Positions 18,674 through 29,516 of a stretch of DNA of 48,887 nt are shown one piece after another (position 1 is the stretch's first letter; each line of letters starts with the position of its first letter). The translations under genes were made by a program, and so were the position numbers. The stretch lies in sequence record SRR16203515_707; one strand, 5' to 3'. The notes below the pieces were generated by a model. That model was not told the DNA's origin. It worked only from the letters and a program-made list of their open reading frames with translations, and did not search any database.

Positions 18674-18883
18674 TCCAGCTGGACAGGATGTTCAGGAGCA
18701 TGGTGCACGCTGGCGTCTCACGGCGAGGAGTCGGCGGTGCGTGCGAAAGGGCGCCACCTTAGCGTAACTTGCCGATCAGCCCAAGCGGCATGTGAGGTGT
18801 GCGCTACCCAGTATTTCAGGGCGTGCGGCGCCGCTTTTCCAGGGCGCGGGCACGACTCAGTTTATCAGACATGGAGTGTGGGC

Positions 18884-20686
18884 ATGGCCGTGAGCGATTC
18901 CTCTAACCCCTGCGATGTGACGCCGGTCTCATCCGCCACTCAAGCCTTGTGGCGTTCGGTCAATTGCCTGTGGCCCATCGCGGCGCTGCGTGACCTCGAG
19001 CATTGGCTGCTGGCGGAAGAGACCGTCTCGATGACCAACGGCTTGCCTGAAGCGTCGGTGGACAAGCGTCTGATGGGGCGGGCGGCGCAGTCAGCCTTCG
19101 ACCTGCTGCGGCAGCGATGGCCCGAGACGCGCAGATTGTGTGTCCTGTGTGGTGGCGGCAACAATGCGGGCGACGGCTATCTGGTGGCGCGTCTTGCCCA
19201 GCTGGCGGGGTTCGAGGTGCGTATCATCGCTTTGAAGGATGAGGCGCAATTGACGGGCGATGCCCAGCTGGCCGCGATTGCCGCGCGGGAAGCCGGGGTC
19301 GAGCGTCACCCCTGGCCACAAGATACCGCCACGGCAGAATCATTGGTGAAGGGCTGGCCATTGCTGCTGGACGCCCTGACCGGTATCGGTCTGCGCGAGG
19401 CGCCCCGCGGCGCGGTCGCCCACGCCATCGAGCTGATCAACCAACGTCACCGGGAGGGCGCGCATGTCATGGCGCTGGATGTGCCCTCGGGGCTTGATGC
19501 CGCCACGGGGGCGGTGGCCGGTGTCGCCGTGGAGGCGGATGTCACGCTGACATTTCTGGTCGACAAGCCGGGTCTGCACACCGGGCGCGCCGAGCTGCAT
19601 GCCGGACACGTCAGTCTGGCGCGGCTTGGTGCGGCTCGGGTGCTGCCGGAGGTGGTCAAGCAGACCCGAACGGCAGCGTTGCTGGCGTGCGAGTCCGTGC
19701 AGCGCCTCACGCCGCGCTGGCTGGAGACCGAGCTGGTGCCGCGCTCTCCGCTGGCGCACAAGGGGGATGCCGGCAGCGTGCTGGTCTTTGGCGGCGGGCC
19801 GGGGCTTGGCGGCTCCGTTCTGCTGGCCAGTGAAGCCGCCGCGCGTGCCGGTGCCGGCAAGGTGGCGCTGCTTACCGCGCCAGCGCATGTCAGCGCCAGC
19901 CTGACACGCTGCCCGGAAGTCATGGTGCGTGGTCTCAAGAGCGGGCCGGAGGGCAGCAGTCATGACGGGTTTGCCGTACTGGAAGCCCAGATGGCACAGG
20001 CCAGCGTGACACTGGTCGGCCCCGGCATGGGGACGGAGCCGCTGGAGAGCCTGTTGTGGGGCTGGGGAGGACTGTCTCGCGTGCTCGCGGCCGACCAGCC
20101 GCTGGTGGTGGATGCCGACGCCCTGAGCCTGCTGGCCTGGCGAGCCGGTGAAGGTGAGGTGATCCGACGTGACGATTGGGTGTTGACGCCGCATCCTGGA
20201 GAGGCGGCGCGCCTGCTGGGCTGCTCGGTGGCACAGGTCGAGCAGGACCGGCCCGGCGCCGTGCGCGCCCTGCAGCAAAGATATGGCGGCAGTGTAGTGC
20301 TCAAGGGGGCCGGCAGTCTGATTGCCAGTCCCGCCGGCGTACTGGAAGGGCCAGACGTGGCGCTGTGTCCCTATGGCAATCCCGGCATGGCCAGTGGCGG
20401 CATGGGGGACGTGCTGGGCGGCATCATCGCGGGGCTGGCGGCCCAGGCGCTCAATGGTGGCTTCGATGCACGCCAGTCACGCACCCATGAGCAGGGCACG
20501 GCACAGGCGGCGCATGTCACGCGTTGCATGGCACAGGCGGCACGGGTCGGCGTGCTGGTGCACGCCCTGGCCGCCGACCGTGCGGTGCAGGAGCGCGGCG
20601 AGCGTGGCCTGCTCGCGGGTGATCTGGCATCCTATATGCATTTATTGCTCAATCCACGGGCCCGAAATGCGCATACTCCTGTCTGA
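18884..20686 (+). CDS. nnr: Bifunctional NAD(P)H-hydrate epimerase/dehydratase
   Basis: CGGGNNAGDG and DVPSG (YjeF_N); HKG, DADAL, LTPHPGEAARLL, LKG and GMGDVL (YjeF_C); start uncertain. Confidence 0.92.
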   Translation: MAVSDSSNPCDVTPVSSATQALWRSVNCLWPIAALRDLEHWLLAEETVSMTNGLPEASVDKRLMGRAAQSAFDLLRQRWPETRRLCVLCGGGNNAGDGYLVARLAQLAGFEVRIIALKDEAQLTGDAQLAAIAAREAGVERHPWPQDTATAESLVKGWPLLLDALTGIGLREAPRGAVAHAIELINQRHREGAHVMALDVPSGLDAATGAVAGVAVEADVTLTFLVDKPGLHTGRAELHAGHVSLARLGAARVLPEVVKQTRTAALLACESVQRLTPRWLETELVPRSPLAHKGDAGSVLVFGGGPGLGGSVLLASEAAARAGAGKVALLTAPAHVSASLTRCPEVMVRGLKSGPEGSSHDGFAVLEAQMAQASVTLVGPGMGTEPLESLLWGWGGLSRVLAADQPLVVDADALSLLAWRAGEGEVIRRDDWVLTPHPGEAARLLGCSVAQVEQDRPGAVRALQQRYGGSVVLKGAGSLIASPAGVLEGPDVALCPYGNPGMASGGMGDVLGGIIAGLAAQALNGGFDARQSRTHEQGTAQAAHVTRCMAQAARVGVLVHALAADRAVQERGERGLLAGDLASYMHLLLNPRARNAHTPV

Positions 20687-21152
20687 TGAAAATGCCCAGG
20701 TTGCCTTTGGCAGCCAGCTGGGCGACGTCCTTGCCGGCCGCGGGCTGGTGTTCCTGGAAGGTGAGCTGGGGGCCGGCAAGACGACTCTCACGCGTGGCGT
20801 GCTGCGTGCCTACGGGCATGAGGGGGCGGTGAAGAGTCCGACCTATACCCTGGTGGAGCCCTATGTGCTGCCACGTCCCGAGGGCGGCGAATGGCACATC
20901 AATCATTTTGATCTCTACCGGCTGGCTGACCCGGAGGAGCTTGAGTTCATCGGCGGGCGAGACCTGCTTGCCGATGACAGCCTGGCGCTGATCGAGTGGC
21001 CAAGCTGTGGTCAGGGCTTCCTGCCGGTGCCGGACCTGCGCGTGACGTTGTCCGTCGCCGAGCAGGGCCGCGAGGCCGAGTTGCATGCCCTCACACCGCG
21101 AGGAGAGGGTTGGCTTGAGGCACTGGCCGAGCGACGCGCCTCTCAGGCATGA
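20667..21152 (+). CDS. tsaE: tRNA t6A37 biosynthesis ATPase
   Basis: GELGAGKTT, VKSPTYTLVEPY, HFDLYRL, IEW; overlaps the nnr 3' end. Confidence 0.96.
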   Translation: MRILLSDENAQVAFGSQLGDVLAGRGLVFLEGELGAGKTTLTRGVLRAYGHEGAVKSPTYTLVEPYVLPRPEGGEWHINHFDLYRLADPEELEFIGGRDLLADDSLALIEWPSCGQGFLPVPDLRVTLSVAEQGREAELHALTPRGEGWLEALAERRASQA

Positions 21153-21245
21153 TGGCGCCTGACGTGCCGTATCATCTTCGTGGCTGCGTCTGGTCATCCT
21201 TCGCTATATTCATCCATGTTCCTTCTGTTCGAGTCACCCTTTCCG

Positions 21246-22730
21246 ATGCCTGAAACTGCGCCCCAATCCTCTCGCCTGCGCATGATGCGCGGTCTACGTC
21301 GCTGCCTGGCGGGGGGGGTGATGTGCTCGCTGGCAAGTCTCGCGCTCGCTCCCCAGGCGCTGGCCGCCAAGGTCGAGAATCTGCGGTTGTGGACCGCGCC
21401 GGACCACACGCGGCTGGTGTTCGATCTCGATAGCGCAGCCAGTGCCAACATCTTCAGCCTCGACAATCCTCGGCGTCTGGTGATCGACCTCGCGGCAAGC
21501 GAGGTGGCCAGCAACGCGGTGAAGCGCAAGCTCGATGCGCTGGATCTGGAAGGCAGTGCCATCAAGGCGATCCGTACCGGACGACAGGACGATGCCCTGC
21601 GGGTCGTGCTGGATCTGACGCGCCAGGTCAATCCCAAGGACTTCACGCTGGCGCCGAACGACAAGTACGGCAACCGTCTGGTGGTGGATCTCGAGTTCCC
21701 GGGCGAGTCCGCGGTCGAGAATCCCATTGACCCGATCGAAGCCCGTATCCGCGAGCAGGAGCAGGCGGCAGCCAAGCGCAAGCTGAAGGGCGAGCCTGCC
21801 GCGCCGCTGCCGAGCAGCAAGGCGGCGACGCATCCCAAGCGCGATATCATCATCGCCATTGACCCCGGTCATGGCGGTGAGGACCCGGGGGCCAGCGGCC
21901 CGAGCGGTACCAAGGAGAAGGATGTGGTGCTCAAGATCGGCAAGCGCCTCAAGCGCATGTTCGACGAGCAGCCCGGCTTCAAGGCCATCCTGACCCGCAA
22001 CAGCGATTACTACATCCCGCTGCGCAAGCGTACCGAGATCGCGCGTGAGCAGAAGGCAGACTTCTTCGTCTCGGTGCACGCCGACGCCTTCAACAGTCCG
22101 CGGCCGCATGGCAGCTCGGTCTTTGCGCTGTCCAGCCGTGGCGCCACCTCAGAGACCGCCCGCTGGCTGGCGGCCACCGAGAACCGTGCTGACCTGATCG
22201 GCGGCGTGGATGGCAACCTCAGCCTGAATGACAAGGATGAGATGCTGCGCGGCGTGCTGCTGGATCTGACCATGACCGCCACGCTCAATGATTCATTGGC
22301 GGCAGGCAGCGGCGTGCTGGCCAATCTGGGCCGCATCAACTCGCTGCACAAGCGTCAGGTGGAGCAGGCCGGGTTCGTGGTGCTCAAGTCGCCGGACATC
22401 CCGTCTCTGCTGGTGGAAACGGGCTTCATCTCCAATCCCCAGGAAGAGCGCAACCTCAATAGTGGCGCCTATCAGGAAAAGCTGGCGCGCTCGATCTTCT
22501 CGGGTATCCAGAGTCACTTCGAGCGCAATCCGCCGCCTGCCAGTCTGCTGGCATGGCGACGCAGCCAGGCACGAGGCGGCAACGGTGGCGAGTATCGCGT
22601 CAAGAGTGGCGATACGCTGTCAGAAGTCGCACAGCGTCACAACGTGAGCATGGCCGCGCTGAAGCAGGCCAATGGCATGAGCGGGGACACGGTCCGCGTC
22701 GGTCAGGTGCTCAAGATTCCGCGCGGCTGA
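21246..22730 (+). CDS. amiB: N-acetylmuramoyl-L-alanine amidase (AMIN + Amidase_3 + LysM)
   Basis: IDPGHGGEDPGA, SVHAD, LVETGFISN, C-terminal LysM (VKSGDTLS); position between tsaE and mutL; start uncertain. Confidence 0.92.
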   Translation: MPETAPQSSRLRMMRGLRRCLAGGVMCSLASLALAPQALAAKVENLRLWTAPDHTRLVFDLDSAASANIFSLDNPRRLVIDLAASEVASNAVKRKLDALDLEGSAIKAIRTGRQDDALRVVLDLTRQVNPKDFTLAPNDKYGNRLVVDLEFPGESAVENPIDPIEARIREQEQAAAKRKLKGEPAAPLPSSKAATHPKRDIIIAIDPGHGGEDPGASGPSGTKEKDVVLKIGKRLKRMFDEQPGFKAILTRNSDYYIPLRKRTEIAREQKADFFVSVHADAFNSPRPHGSSVFALSSRGATSETARWLAATENRADLIGGVDGNLSLNDKDEMLRGVLLDLTMTATLNDSLAAGSGVLANLGRINSLHKRQVEQAGFVVLKSPDIPSLLVETGFISNPQEERNLNSGAYQEKLARSIFSGIQSHFERNPPPASLLAWRRSQARGGNGGEYRVKSGDTLSEVAQRHNVSMAALKQANGMSGDTVRVGQVLKIPRG

Positions 22731-22925
22731 GTGTCAGGCCGCCTGCTCCTTCGACGTGGCGGCAGGCGGGCGTGGCAGCCCGAGCACGCTATCCATCGGG
22801 CATGAAGCCCGTCGACTGTCCGCTGACTCGGCTCTTGCGTGCTCGCCGCACGGAGAGGCCGGGTCGGCGGGCAGTGTCGTTTTCAGAGAGACGCCCTCTA
22901 CGCATGCATAATCAGGAGTTCTTCC

Positions 22926-25202
22926 ATGTCCGTCGAGCCATCTGATACGGATGTCGCTGAAACACGTGAGCGGCGTATCCGCATCCTCAATCCGCGTCTT
23001 GCCAACCAGATCGCGGCGGGCGAGGTGGTGGAGCGACCGGCCTCCGTGGTCAAGGAGCTGGTCGAGAACGCCATCGATGCCGGCAGTACGCGCATCGAGC
23101 TGGAACTGGAAGGCGGCGGTGCGCGGCTGATTCGCGTGCGTGACAACGGCTGCGGCATCACCGAGGAGGATCTGCCGCTGGCCCTGTCACGTCACGCGAC
23201 CAGCAAGATCGAGAGCCTTGATGACCTGGAAGGTGTGGCGAGTCTCGGCTTTCGGGGGGAGGCATTGGCCTCGATCAGCTCGGTCTCGCGCCTGGAGCTG
23301 TTCTCGAACGTCTCGGATGAGCCCGCCAATGGCTGGCGGGTGGTGGCGGAAGGCCGTGAGATGTCGCCGCGCGTCTCGCCGGCGCCCCATCCGCGTGGCA
23401 CCAGCGTGGCCGTGCGTGACCTGTTCTTCAATACGCCGGCGCGTCGCAAGTTCATGCGTACCGAGAAGACCGAATTCGGCCATGTCGAGGAAAGCTTCCG
23501 GCGTCTCGCGCTGTCGCGTCACGACATCGGCTGGACGTTGCGCCACAACCAGAAGGTGGTACATCAGCTGCGTGCCGGCGAGGACACGCTGACGGTGGAG
23601 CGCCGGATCGGCGCACTGCTGGGCCGCAACTTCCTCGAGCATGCGCTGCACCTGGATATCGAGGCCTCCGGCTTGCGTCTCTCCGGCTGGGTCGGCTTGC
23701 CGACACATTCGCGTGCCCAGGCGGACCAGCAATATTTCTTCGTCAATGGCCGCGTGGTGCGTGACCGTCTGGTCGCGCATGCCGTGCGTCAGGCCTATCG
23801 CGACGTGCTGTTCCACGGCCGGCATCCGGTGTTCGTGCTCTATCTGGAGCTGGACCCCACGGTGGTGGATGTCAACGTTCACCCCACCAAGCACGAAGTG
23901 CGCTTCCGCGACGGACGCCTGGTGCACGACTTCCTGTTCTCCAGCCTGCACAAGGCACTGGCCGAAGTGCGCCCCGGTGACAACAGCGCCGCGCCCACCG
24001 GTATCGAGGGCCAGGAGAAAGAGGAGGATCCCGGCTGGCAGCAGCAGGGCATGCGTCTCGGGCGTCAGGAGCAGGATGCGCAGGAGCATGGTGCGTCAGC
24101 GCAGTCATCCCCTGGTGGTGGTGCGTCGGCCGGGAAGGATCAGTCAGCCGCTGCAGGTGAGCCGTCAGGCGCTGCCGCGCCCTGGAAGCCATCGTCACAG
24201 CTGCCGCCGGCCGGAGATGGCCGCTCCAGCGAGCGCCTGAGTGCTGAGCGGGTGCGTCAGTTCATGGCCGGCTATCGTGCGTTGCATCCCAGCGAAGACC
24301 ATCTGCTGACGCCGGGTGGCGGGCCTGCGGGCACGACGCCTGAGCATGGCGCTGCTCGCGACCCTGCCGCCATCGCCAGTGCCGAGCGCGAGGCGCGGCG
24401 CGCCCCGCGTGTCACCCTGGGCGAAGGGATGCGCCATGGTGAGGATGGTGCGCCGGCCGGTATCAGCGAATCTGCCGCCGGTTGGCAGGTCTCGGCACCG
24501 TCAGCGGAGCCATCGTCGGGAGTCCCGGCAGAGAATGTGTCCGCTGACGGACCCACGCCTGTCGCCTCTGACATCGTGATGCGTGGCCTGCCAGCCCAGA
24601 GCGCCGAGGATGATACGCCACCGCTGGGCTACGCCATCGCGCAGCTGCACGGGGTCTACATCCTGTCGCAGACCTCGCGTGGACTGGTGATGGTCGACAT
24701 GCACGCCGCCCATGAGCGCATAACCTACGAGCGCATGAAGCGCCATGTGCATGGCGGCGGTCATCTGGAGGCCCAGCCGTTGCTGGTGCCGGTGTCACTT
24801 GCCGTCAGTTCGCGCGAGATGGGGACCTTCGAGCGCGAATCCGAGGCATTCACGCGTCTTGGTGTCGAGCTGGACGCCGCCGGACCGGAAACCCTGCTGG
24901 TGCGGCAGGTGCCGGTGGTGCTCGGCAATGCCGATGTCGAGCCACTGGTGCGCGGCATGCTGGAGGATCTCGAGCGTTACGGCCGCAGCGATCGCATGGA
25001 AGCTCACATGAATGAGCTGCTCGCGGACATGGCCTGCCGGGGCAGCGTGCGGGCCAATCGTCGCCTGACGGTTCCCGAGATGAATGCCCTGCTGCGAGAC
25101 ATGGAGCGCACCGAGCGCTCCGGTCAGTGCAATCATGGCCGTCCTACCTGGACCGAACTTTCCATGAATGAACTCGACAAGCTGTTCCTGCGTGGGCAGT
25201 AA
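22926..25202 (+). CDS. mutL: DNA mismatch repair protein MutL (endonuclease type)
   Basis: [39 protein letters not shown] and CNHGRPT motifs. Confidence 0.98.
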   Translation: MSVEPSDTDVAETRERRIRILNPRLANQIAAGEVVERPASVVKELVENAIDAGSTRIELELEGGGARLIRVRDNGCGITEEDLPLALSRHATSKIESLDDLEGVASLGFRGEALASISSVSRLELFSNVSDEPANGWRVVAEGREMSPRVSPAPHPRGTSVAVRDLFFNTPARRKFMRTEKTEFGHVEESFRRLALSRHDIGWTLRHNQKVVHQLRAGEDTLTVERRIGALLGRNFLEHALHLDIEASGLRLSGWVGLPTHSRAQADQQYFFVNGRVVRDRLVAHAVRQAYRDVLFHGRHPVFVLYLELDPTVVDVNVHPTKHEVRFRDGRLVHDFLFSSLHKALAEVRPGDNSAAPTGIEGQEKEEDPGWQQQGMRLGRQEQDAQEHGASAQSSPGGGASAGKDQSAAAGEPSGAAAPWKPSSQLPPAGDGRSSERLSAERVRQFMAGYRALHPSEDHLLTPGGGPAGTTPEHGAARDPAAIASAEREARRAPRVTLGEGMRHGEDGAPAGISESAAGWQVSAPSAEPSSGVPAENVSADGPTPVASDIVMRGLPAQSAEDDTPPLGYAIAQLHGVYILSQTSRGLVMVDMHAAHERITYERMKRHVHGGGHLEAQPLLVPVSLAVSSREMGTFERESEAFTRLGVELDAAGPETLLVRQVPVVLGNADVEPLVRGMLEDLERYGRSDRMEAHMNELLADMACRGSVRANRRLTVPEMNALLRDMERTERSGQCNHGRPTWTELSMNELDKLFLRGQ

Positions 25203-25262
25203 GCCTGCCCGGTATCGACAGTGGTTCACCCTTGATTCACCTCCTAGCCCAGACAATAGGTC

Positions 25263-26246
25263 ATGACCCAGACGCAATCCCCCGACATTTCCCCCCGTGC
25301 CGCGCATGAGATGGCTGACAAACCGCCCGTCATGCTGTTGATGGGGCCGACAGCCTCCGGCAAGACGGACCTGGCCATCCGCTGGCACGAGGAGCAGGGG
25401 GCGGAGCTGGTGAGCGTCGATTCCGCGCTGATCTATCGTGGCATGGACATCGGGACCGCCAAGCCCAGCGCCGAAGAGCTGGCGCGGGCGCCGCACCGGT
25501 TGATTGACTTCCTGGACCCGCTGGAGAGCTATTCGGCAGCGGAGTTTCGTCGCGATGCACTGGCGCATATCGCCGAGATCCAGTCCCGCGGCAAGATGCC
25601 GCTGCTGGTCGGTGGCACCATGATGTACTTCAAGCGGCTGCTGGAAGGTGTGGCGGAGCTGCCGGCGGCGGATCCCGCGCTGCGTGAACAGCTGGAGGCA
25701 CGCGCCCGAGACGAAGGGCTGCCGGCGCTGCATGCGCAGCTTGCCAGGCTGGATCCGGCGAGCGCCGAGAGGATCCGGCCCTCGGACCCGCAGCGTCTGA
25801 CACGTGCGCTGGAAGTCTGTCTGTTGAGCGGGCGCTCGATGACGGAGCTGCTCGCGGAGCAGCCGGAAGCCGAGCTTCCGTTCCGGCCGATCCCGATCGC
25901 ACTGGCGCCCCATGACAGAGCCGTGTTACATGAACGTATCAAGACGCGTTTTGACCAGATGCTGGAACAGGGCCTGATTGGCGAGGTCGAAGCGCTGAAG
26001 GCTCGCCCGGAGCTGCATCCCGGGCTGCCCTCGATACGCTGTGTCGGCTATCGTCAGGTGTGGGATTATCTGGAGGGGCATCTGACGCGTGACGAGATGC
26101 GTGAGCGTGGCATCATTGCCACCCGCCAGCTCGCCAAGCGTCAATTGACCTGGCTGCGTAGCTGGAAGGGGATTCACCACGTGGATTCCATGGGTGTAAA
26201 TCCTTACAGTGAAACCTTGAAAATCGTGCGCCAGACCAGCACTTAG
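25263..26246 (+). CDS. miaA: tRNA dimethylallyltransferase
   Basis: [40 protein letters not shown]. Confidence 0.98.
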   Translation: MTQTQSPDISPRAAHEMADKPPVMLLMGPTASGKTDLAIRWHEEQGAELVSVDSALIYRGMDIGTAKPSAEELARAPHRLIDFLDPLESYSAAEFRRDALAHIAEIQSRGKMPLLVGGTMMYFKRLLEGVAELPAADPALREQLEARARDEGLPALHAQLARLDPASAERIRPSDPQRLTRALEVCLLSGRSMTELLAEQPEAELPFRPIPIALAPHDRAVLHERIKTRFDQMLEQGLIGEVEALKARPELHPGLPSIRCVGYRQVWDYLEGHLTRDEMRERGIIATRQLAKRQLTWLRSWKGIHHVDSMGVNPYSETLKIVRQTST

Positions 26247-26361
26247 CGTAACATGAGCTGTCACGACCCGCGCCCGTGAAGCCCCCCAAAGAGGGCAACC
26301 CGGAGCGCTGGCGAACATAACCATACTTGCCTCGAACGAGACATTTTTTACGGAGAGTCAC

Positions 26362-26610
26362 ATGTCCAAAGGTCAATCACTCCAGGACCCGTACCTGAAC
26401 ATCCTGCGCAAGGAACGTATTCCGGTCTCGATCTTCCTGGTCAACGGCATCAAGCTGCAGGGCCAGATCGAATCCTTCGATCAATTCGTCATCCTGCTGC
26501 GCAATACCGTCTCCCAGATGGTTTACAAGCACGCTATCTCAACCGTGGTGCCCTCGCGCAATGTGCGCCTGCCGGCCCAGGATGCGACCGTGCCCTCCAC
26601 AGAAAGCTGA
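26362..26610 (+). CDS. hfq: RNA chaperone Hfq
   Basis: [13 protein letters not shown]...LVNGIKLQG...[10 protein letters not shown]. Confidence 0.99.
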   Translation: MSKGQSLQDPYLNILRKERIPVSIFLVNGIKLQGQIESFDQFVILLRNTVSQMVYKHAISTVVPSRNVRLPAQDATVPSTES

Positions 26611-26625
26611 AATCCGAGGCGCTGA

Positions 26626-27996
26626 TTGTTCTTCGAACGACCCGAAGCCGGTGAAACGGCCGTCCTGGTCCATGTCAATTTCCGGGACGAAAAAGAACGC
26701 GAGGATGCCGGTGAGCTCCTCGAACTCGTACGTTCGGCAGGCGCCGTGCCGGCCACCCTCATCGAGGGTAGCCGGCCCCGCCCTGACTCCCGTACGTTCA
26801 TCGGAGAAGGCAAGCTTGAGGAAGTGCGTGAGGCCCTGGCCGAGCACCAAGCCGAGCTTGTGATCTTCAACCATTCATTGAGCCCTTCCCAGCAGCGCAA
26901 CCTTGAAGGTTCGCTCCAGTGTCGCGTGATCGACCGCACCGGTCTGATCCTCGACATCTTTGCCCAGCGCGCGCGTACCCACGAGGGCAAGCTGCAGGTG
27001 GAGCTCGCTCAGCTCGAGTACATGTCCACCCGCCTGGTGCGTGGCTGGACCCACCTTGAGCGTCAGAAGGGCGGTATCGGTCTGCGTGGCCCGGGGGAAA
27101 CCCAGCTCGAGACTGACCGTCGTCTGCTGCGTGCCCGGATCAAGTCGATCCACAAGCGGCTCGAGAAGGTGCACAAGCAGCGCGATCAGAACCGCCGTGC
27201 TCGGGCACGTGCCGAGATCCCCAGCCTGTCACTGGTCGGCTATACCAACGCCGGCAAGTCGACGCTGTTCAATGCGCTGACCACCTCTGAGGTCTATGCG
27301 GCGGATCAGCTGTTCGCCACGCTCGACCCGACGCTGCGCCGTCTGGAGCTGGAAGATGTGGGCCCTGCGGTGCTTGCGGATACCGTCGGCTTCATTCGGC
27401 ACCTGCCGCACAAGCTGGTGGAAGCGTTCCAGGCCACCCTGCAGGAAGCCGCCGAGGCGGACCTGCTGGTGCACGTCATCGATGCGGCTGACCCGGAAAA
27501 TGATCGCAATACCGAGCAGGTCAACGAGGTGCTCAACGAGATTGAGGCCGGTGACGTGCCACGCCTGCTGGTCATGAACAAGGTCGATCGCCTCGACATG
27601 GCGCCGCGCATAGAGCGCGACGGCTTCGGGCGTCCGCTGGTCGTATGGTTGTCGGCGCGTGACGGCAAGGGGCTGGATCTGCTGATGCAGGCCTTCTCCG
27701 AGCTGCTGTCAGACAATGTCATCTCGACCCGTCTGACGCTGGGGCCGGAGAAGTCACGCCTGCGTGCCGGTCTGCATGAGCTGGATGCCGTCAAGAGTGA
27801 AGCGTATGACGAGCAGGGCAATGCGTTGATGGACATTCGTCTCGAGAAGCGCGACTTTCTCCAGCTGTTGTCGCATCTTGGGGAATCTCCCGAGGCCTAC
27901 CTCGGGGGCGAGCATGACGATCGTGAGGCCTGGCAGCGTGAGCTGTCTGCCGAGCGCGCCGAGAAGCATCGCCTCTCGGTGACGCACAAGTCCTGA
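26626..27996 (+). CDS. hflX: Ribosome-rescue GTPase HflX (TTG start)
   Basis: RGPGETQLETDRR, GYTNAGKST, FATLD, DTVGF, NKVD. Confidence 0.97.
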   Translation: MFFERPEAGETAVLVHVNFRDEKEREDAGELLELVRSAGAVPATLIEGSRPRPDSRTFIGEGKLEEVREALAEHQAELVIFNHSLSPSQQRNLEGSLQCRVIDRTGLILDIFAQRARTHEGKLQVELAQLEYMSTRLVRGWTHLERQKGGIGLRGPGETQLETDRRLLRARIKSIHKRLEKVHKQRDQNRRARARAEIPSLSLVGYTNAGKSTLFNALTTSEVYAADQLFATLDPTLRRLELEDVGPAVLADTVGFIRHLPHKLVEAFQATLQEAAEADLLVHVIDAADPENDRNTEQVNEVLNEIEAGDVPRLLVMNKVDRLDMAPRIERDGFGRPLVVWLSARDGKGLDLLMQAFSELLSDNVISTRLTLGPEKSRLRAGLHELDAVKSEAYDEQGNALMDIRLEKRDFLQLLSHLGESPEAYLGGEHDDREAWQRELSAERAEKHRLSVTHKS

Positions 27997-28283
27997 CGCA
28001 GTGATTGCGTCATCTGGCATCTGCAGGTACCTGATGCAGATGCCCTTGCACGGATAGTGACGTGCAGCGAGCAACAGGCATTCGACGTGAAGGGATTGTC
28101 GGATGCCGCCTGGCAGAGGATGGTTGTCAGGCAGGGCCATGGCCTTCTCCCGCAAGGGGCGCGCCGCCGTGTCATAGCAAAGAACCGGTCATCAATTGCC
28201 GGGGACGATTCCCGGCAACGAAAGCCGGCATGGGCGGCGTCATCATAATGACGAGCGGAACATCGACTGAGTGGAGACGACGT

Positions 28284-29516
28284 ATGGCTTGGAATGAGCC
28301 GGGTGGCGGCAACCAGCATGACCCCTGGAGTGGCGGTGGCCGCAACGGGGACAAGAAAGGGGGTGGAGGCAACGGCGGTGGCAACGGTGGACCGCCCGAC
28401 CTCGACGAAGCGCTGAAGAAGTTCCAGGACAAGCTCAACGGCATGCTGGGCAACGGCCGCAAGCGTCGTGGCGGCAGCGGGGGCGGCAACGGCGGCAGTG
28501 GTGGCAGCACCAATGCCTTTGCCCTGCCGGGCATCATCGGGGTGGTGCTGGTCGCCATCTGGGCGGCTTCCGGTTTCTATCTGGTCGATCAGTCCGAACG
28601 TGGCGTGGTGCTTCGCTTCGGCAAGTACAACGACATCGTCGGCCCGGGTCTGCACTGGAATCCGCCGATCATCGATGACGTGCGCGAGATCAACGTCACC
28701 AAGGTGCGCTCGCTCTCCCAGACCAAGTCGATGCTGACGCAGGACGAGAACATCGTCGAAGTGCAGATGTCCGTCCAGTATCAGGTATCCAACCCGCGTG
28801 ACTTCCTGCTCAACGTGCGTGCTCCCGAGGTCAGCCTCGAGAACGCCATGGACTCTGCATTGCGTCATGAAGTCGGCAGCGCCGACATGAACGACATCCT
28901 GACCTCCGGGCGTGAGCTGCTGGCCAGCAACGTCAAGTCGCGTCTGCAGTCCTACCTGGACAACTATGGCGTGGGTCTGACATTGCAGACCATCAACGTC
29001 GAGTCCACGTCGGCGCCGGCAGCGGTCCAGGATTCCTTCGATGACGTCATCAAGGCTCGTGAGGATCGTCAGCGCACGATCAACCAGGCATTGGCCTACG
29101 AGAACTCGATTCTCCCGGCGGCTCAAGGTCAGGCGCAGCGCATCATCGAGGAAGCCGAAGGGTACAAGGAGTCGGTGGTGGCCAAGTCCCAGGGTGAGGC
29201 CAATCGCTTCACTTCCCTGCTGACCGAGTACCAGAAGGCACCGGAGATCATCCGCGAGCGCATGTACCTAGAGACCATGGGGGAAGTGCTCGGCAAGACC
29301 AACAAGGTGCTGGTGGATGTCGAGAACGGCAACTCCCTCATGTACCTGCCGTTGGACAAGCTGGCTGGCAAGTCCAATGCCACGTCCGAGGATGCCAGTG
29401 GCATGAGTCGCAGTGAGTTGGATCGCGTGTCCCGACAGGCGAGCGACGCTCTCGGCCGCAGCAGCCAGAGCAGCAATGACAGCAGCAACAGCATTCGTCG
29501 GGAGGGTCGTCAATGA
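28284..29516 (+). CDS. hflK: FtsH modulator HflK
   Basis: MAWNEPG start, GPPDLDE, SPFH domain, LMYLPLD. Confidence 0.97.
   Translation: MAWNEPGGGNQHDPWSGGGRNGDKKGGGGNGGGNGGPPDLDEALKKFQDKLNGMLGNGRKRRGGSGGGNGGSGGSTNAFALPGIIGVVLVAIWAASGFYLVDQSERGVVLRFGKYNDIVGPGLHWNPPIIDDVREINVTKVRSLSQTKSMLTQDENIVEVQMSVQYQVSNPRDFLLNVRAPEVSLENAMDSALRHEVGSADMNDILTSGRELLASNVKSRLQSYLDNYGVGLTLQTINVESTSAPAAVQDSFDDVIKAREDRQRTINQALAYENSILPAAQGQAQRIIEEAEGYKESVVAKSQGEANRFTSLLTEYQKAPEIIRERMYLETMGEVLGKTNKVLVDVENGNSLMYLPLDKLAGKSNATSEDASGMSRSELDRVSRQASDALGRSSQSSNDSSNSIRREGRQ

Noticed and set aside
26626-26628. TTG start codon of hflX
   Set aside because: A non-ATG start is usual for gammaproteobacterial hflX; not novel
28350-28510. 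GGC/AAC-rich repeats in hflK
   Set aside because: Encodes the ordinary Gly-rich N-terminal linker of HflK
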